64,000 bases of DNA from Squalus acanthias (Eukaryota), in NCBI GenBank assembly GCA_030390025.1, contig CM059432.1, positions 40,984,001 through 41,048,000 on the forward strand. The letters run 5' to 3'. Below are positions 60,318 to 64,000 of this stretch, in pieces; within the stretch, counting starts at the first letter, position 1, and each line of letters starts with the position of its first letter. Under the pieces are notes generated by a model. That model was not told the origin of the DNA and ran no database searches. It was given only the letters and a program-made list of their open reading frames with translations. The position numbers were made by a program, and so were the translations under genes.

Positions 60318-63045
60318 GGGAATGGTAGCGTAGTGGTAATGTCACTGGGCTAGTAATCCAGAGGCCTGGACTAATGATCTAGAGACATCAGTTCAAATCC
60401 CACCACGGCATCTGGGGAATTTAAATTCAGTTAATTAAATAAATCTGGAATAAAAAGCTACTATCAGTAATAGTAACCATGAAACTATCGGATTCTCGTA
60501 AAAACCCATATGGTTCACTAATGCCCTCTGAAATGTAACAAACCGCTACAAAACAAAATAATAAGAATGTGGACGGACCACCTGGCATTGACCTCCTCAC
60601 CAACATCTGGGGGACTTGTGCCAAAATCGGGAGAGCTGTCCCACAGATTAGTCAACCAACAGCACCATAGTCATAGCTTTCAGCCAATGTCCTAAACTCC
60701 TCCATCACCAGGGGTGGCGGCACAGTGGTATACAGTCGGGAAGGAGTGGCCCTGGGAGTCCTCAACATTCACTCCGGACCCCATGAAGTCTCATGGCTTC
60801 AGCTCAAGCACGAGCAAGGAAACCTCCTGTTGATTACCACCTCCCGCCTTCCCACAGCAGATGAATCAATACTCCTCCATCTTGAACACCACTTGGAAGA
60901 AGCACTGAGAGTAGCAAGGGCACAGAATGTACTCTGGGTGGGGGACTTCAATGTCCTGAAGGACATAGCTGCCAGCCTGGGCCTGCGACAGGTGCTGAGA
61001 GAACCAACACGAGGGAAAAACCTACTTGACCTTGTCCTCACCAATCTACCTGTCGCAGATGCATCAGTCCATAACAGTATTGGTAGGAGTGACCACCGCA
61101 CAGTCATTGTGGAGACGAAGTCCTGTCTTCACACTGAAGACACCCTCCATCGTGTCAGGTTAAGCATAGGCAAGGAAACCTCCTGCTGATTACCACCTAC
61201 TGCCCTCCCTCAGCTGATGAATCAGTACTCCGCCATGTTGCACACCACTATGGAAGATGTATGCTATATACAGGGCTAAGCGATCCCACAATCAACGGAT
61301 CAGATCAAAGCTCTGTAGTCCTGCCACATCCAGTCGTGAATGGTGGTGGACCATTAAACAACTAACGGGAGGAGGCGGCTCCATGAATATCCCCATCCTC
61401 AATTATGGTTGAGCCCAGCACGTGTTTGCAACCATCTTCAGCCAGAAGTGCCAAGTGGATGATCCATATTGGTCCCCACCATCACAGAAGCCAGTCTTCA
61501 GCCAATTCGATTCACTCCACGTGATATCAAGAAACGGCTGAGCGCACTGGATACACCAAAGGCTATGGGCCCTGACAACATCCTGGCTATCGTGCTGAAG
61601 ACTTGTGCTCCAGAACTAGCTGCGCCTTTAGCCAAGCTGTTCCAGTACAGATACAACACTGGCATATCTCCGACAATGTGAAAAACTGCCCAGGTATGTC
61701 CTGTCCACAGAAAGCAGGACAAATCCAATCTGGCCAATTACCACCCCATCAGTCTACTCACAATCATCAGCAAAGTGATGGAAGGTGTCATCGACAGCGC
61801 TATCAAGCGACACCTGCTTACTGATGTCCAGTTTGGGTTTCGCCAAGAGCACTCGGCTCCTGACCTCATTACAGCCTTGGTCCAAACATGGACAAAAGAG
61901 CTGAATTCCAGAGGTGAGAGTGACTGCCCTTAACATCAAGGCAGCATTTGACCGAGTGTGGCATGAAGGAGCCCCAGTAAAACTGGAATCGGGGGGAAAA
62001 CTCTCCACTGGTTGGAGTCATACCTAGCACAAAGGAAGATGGTTGTGGTGATTGAAGGTCAATCATCACAGCCCCAGGACATCGCTGCAGGAGTTCCTCA
62101 GGGCAGTGTCCTAGGCCCAACCATCTTCAGCTGCTTCATCAATGACCTTCCCTCCAACATAAGGTCAGAAATGGGGATGTTCACAACTCCTCAGATAATG
62201 AAGCAGTTCATGCCCACATGCAACAAGACCTGGATGACGTTCAGGCTTGGGCTGATAAGTGGCAGGTAACATTCGTGCCACAGAAGTGCCAGACAATGAC
62301 TATCTCCAACAAGCGAGAGTCTAACCACCGCCCCTTGATATTCAATTGCATTACCATCGCCGAATCCCCCACCATCAACATCCTGGGGGGGTCACCATTG
62401 ACCAGAAACTTAACTGGATTAGCCACATAAATACTGTGGCAACAAGAGCAGGTCAGAGGCTAGGTATTCTGTGGCGAGTGTCTCATTTCCTGACTCCCCA
62501 AAGCCTTTCTACCATTTACAAGGCACAAGGAAGGAGTGTGATGAAATACTCTCCACTTGCACGGATGAGTGCAGTTCCAACACCACTCAAGAAGCTCGAC
62601 ACCATCCAGGACAAAGCAGCCCGCTTGATTGGCACCCCATCTATCACCTTAAACATTCACTCCCTCCACCACTGGCGTACCATGGCTGCAGTGTGTACCA
62701 TCTACAAGATGCACTGCAGCAACTCGCCAAGGCTTCTTCGACAGCACCTCCCAAACCCACGACCTCTTCCACCTCGAAGGACAAGGGCAGCAGACGCATG
62801 GGAACACCACCACCTCCAAGTTCCCCTCCAAGTCACACACCATCCTGACTTAGAAGTATATCGCCGATCCTTCATCGTCGCTGGATTAAAATCCTGGAAC
62901 TCCCTACCTAACAGCACTGTGGGAGTACCTTCACCACACGGACTGCAGTGGTTCAAGAAGGTGGCTCACCACCACCTTCTCGAGGGCAATTAGGGATGGG
63001 CAATAAATGCTGGCCTTGCCAGCGACACCCACATCCCATAAAAAC
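60318..63045 (+). mobile_element. Degenerate near-full-length APE-RT LINE (clade uncertain) with a tRNA-derived 5' end
   Basis: A and B boxes at 60326-60336 and 60391-60400; APE (TNIWG, VGDFN, LDLVLTN, SDH) at about 60593-61140; RT (PQGSVLGP) near 62100; ends HHHLLEGN* followed by cccacatccca. Confidence 0.85.
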
Positions 63046-63479
63046 AAATTTTAAAAAAGTTGTTCCAGAACATAGGTCACGGTGAGTTGGAGTTTATACT
63101 GTTGCAAAGGTGGGTGAGTGCCGGAGTGAAGGAGTTGGTGAACAATGCACATCCCCACAGAAATGGTTTGGAAAGATGTTTGTAAGGTATCAGCTGAGAC
63201 ACAGAAATTTCAAATAATTTTTATTGGTTTGTTACAAATAAGCAGTGTCTTGCATCCCCACTGCAGGCACATAAATAAATAAATAACTGTTTTCACACAT
63301 ATCACAGTTATATAAATAAATTAGTCTGTGCATATCTCACGGGGGGAAAGCAAATTTTTACCTAGGTTATCAATGGACACTCTATGGTGTGATTTTTTAT
63401 AGTGAGGGCCAAAAAGTACATGAACTTAAGAAAAGGTTAAACAAGTTTGCATCTTTGTTTCTTTACTAAATATCTTTTC

Positions 63480-63625
63480 AGAGCAGTGTCCGCGGCCCAA
63501 CTATCTTCAGCTGCTTCATGAATGATGTGCCCTGCATCATGAGGTCAGAAGTGAGGCTGTTCGCTGATGATTGCAGTGTTCCTCTCCATTTGCAATTCCT
63601 CAGATAAGGAAGATGTCCAAGCCCG
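63480..63625 (+). mobile_element. RT fragment of the same LINE family
   Basis: GPTIFSCFMND...EVRLFADDC. Confidence 0.75.
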
Positions 63626-63718
63626 AATGTTAAAGTTCGCTCATGTGCAAAACTGCGAATGGGCCGCGCCGCCCCTTAAAGGGGCCGTGCACCCAAAAAT
63701 AAATTAGGGGGAACATTG
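63626..63718. mobile_element. Partial hAT-MITE related to 32200-32321
   Basis: gaatgggccgcg...ttagggggaacattg right end. Confidence 0.6.
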
Positions 63719-63721
63719 CCC

Positions 63722-63922
63722 GAGGGCTCTCTGCTTCTTCCTTAAATGGAGGCCCAACCAGTCCCCATCCACCAACACCCTCAACTGCCTGGCTGAACTT
63801 GTTCTTGCATTGAACAACTTTTCCTTTGACTCCACTCACTTCCTTCAAATAAAATGTTGCTATGGGAACCTGTATGAGTTCTAGTTATACCTGCCTTTTT
63901 GTGGGATAGGTGGAACATTCTT
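63722..63922 (+). mobile_element. Penelope-like RT fragment
   Basis: LAELVLALNNFSFDSTHFLQIK..AMGT.M..SY.CLFVG with a frameshift. Confidence 0.8.
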
Positions 63923-63923
63923 T

Positions 63924-64000
63924 CATAGAATCATAGAAATTTACGGCACGGAAGGCAGCCTATCATGTCTGCGCCGGTCGAAAAAGAGCTATCCAGCCTA
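63924..64000 (-). mobile_element. CR1 3' tail
   Basis: catagaatcatagaaatttacggcacgg...aaagagctatccagc is the reverse complement of the CR1 end at about 19085-19160. Confidence 0.8.

Noticed and set aside
1..64000. Prokaryotic systems (CRISPR, retrons, operons)
   Set aside because: Spliced vertebrate genes and eukaryotic retroposons explain the RT ORFs, and no repeat-spacer array was seen.

Overview
This is vertebrate genomic DNA, almost certainly from a cartilaginous fish: it carries HE1-type V-SINEs, HER1/CR1 LINEs and DeuSINE-like repeats. Two host genes lie tail-to-tail. On the + strand are the last seven coding exons of VIRMA/KIAA1429 (7472-41664), plus a candidate extra in-frame cassette exon at 34113-34172. 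On the - strand are the last four coding exons of an RNF151/RNF41-like TRAF/SIAH zinc-finger coiled-coil gene (59938-50229); no RING-coding exon was found in the window. All exon phases were checked by hand and are mutually consistent. Most listed ORFs are transposon debris: nested CR1 clusters, L2, Penelope-like elements, a second APE-RT LINE family, SINEs and MITEs. Best leads: the VIRMA cassette exon, a LINE that starts with a tRNA-derived Pol III head and has no ORF1, a Penelope insertion with a 13-bp TSD and a minimal hammerhead ribozyme in the sense strand of a VIRMA intron, and the RNF151-like gene ending in a PDZ-binding motif. Family names come from my recognition of the sequences, not from database searches.
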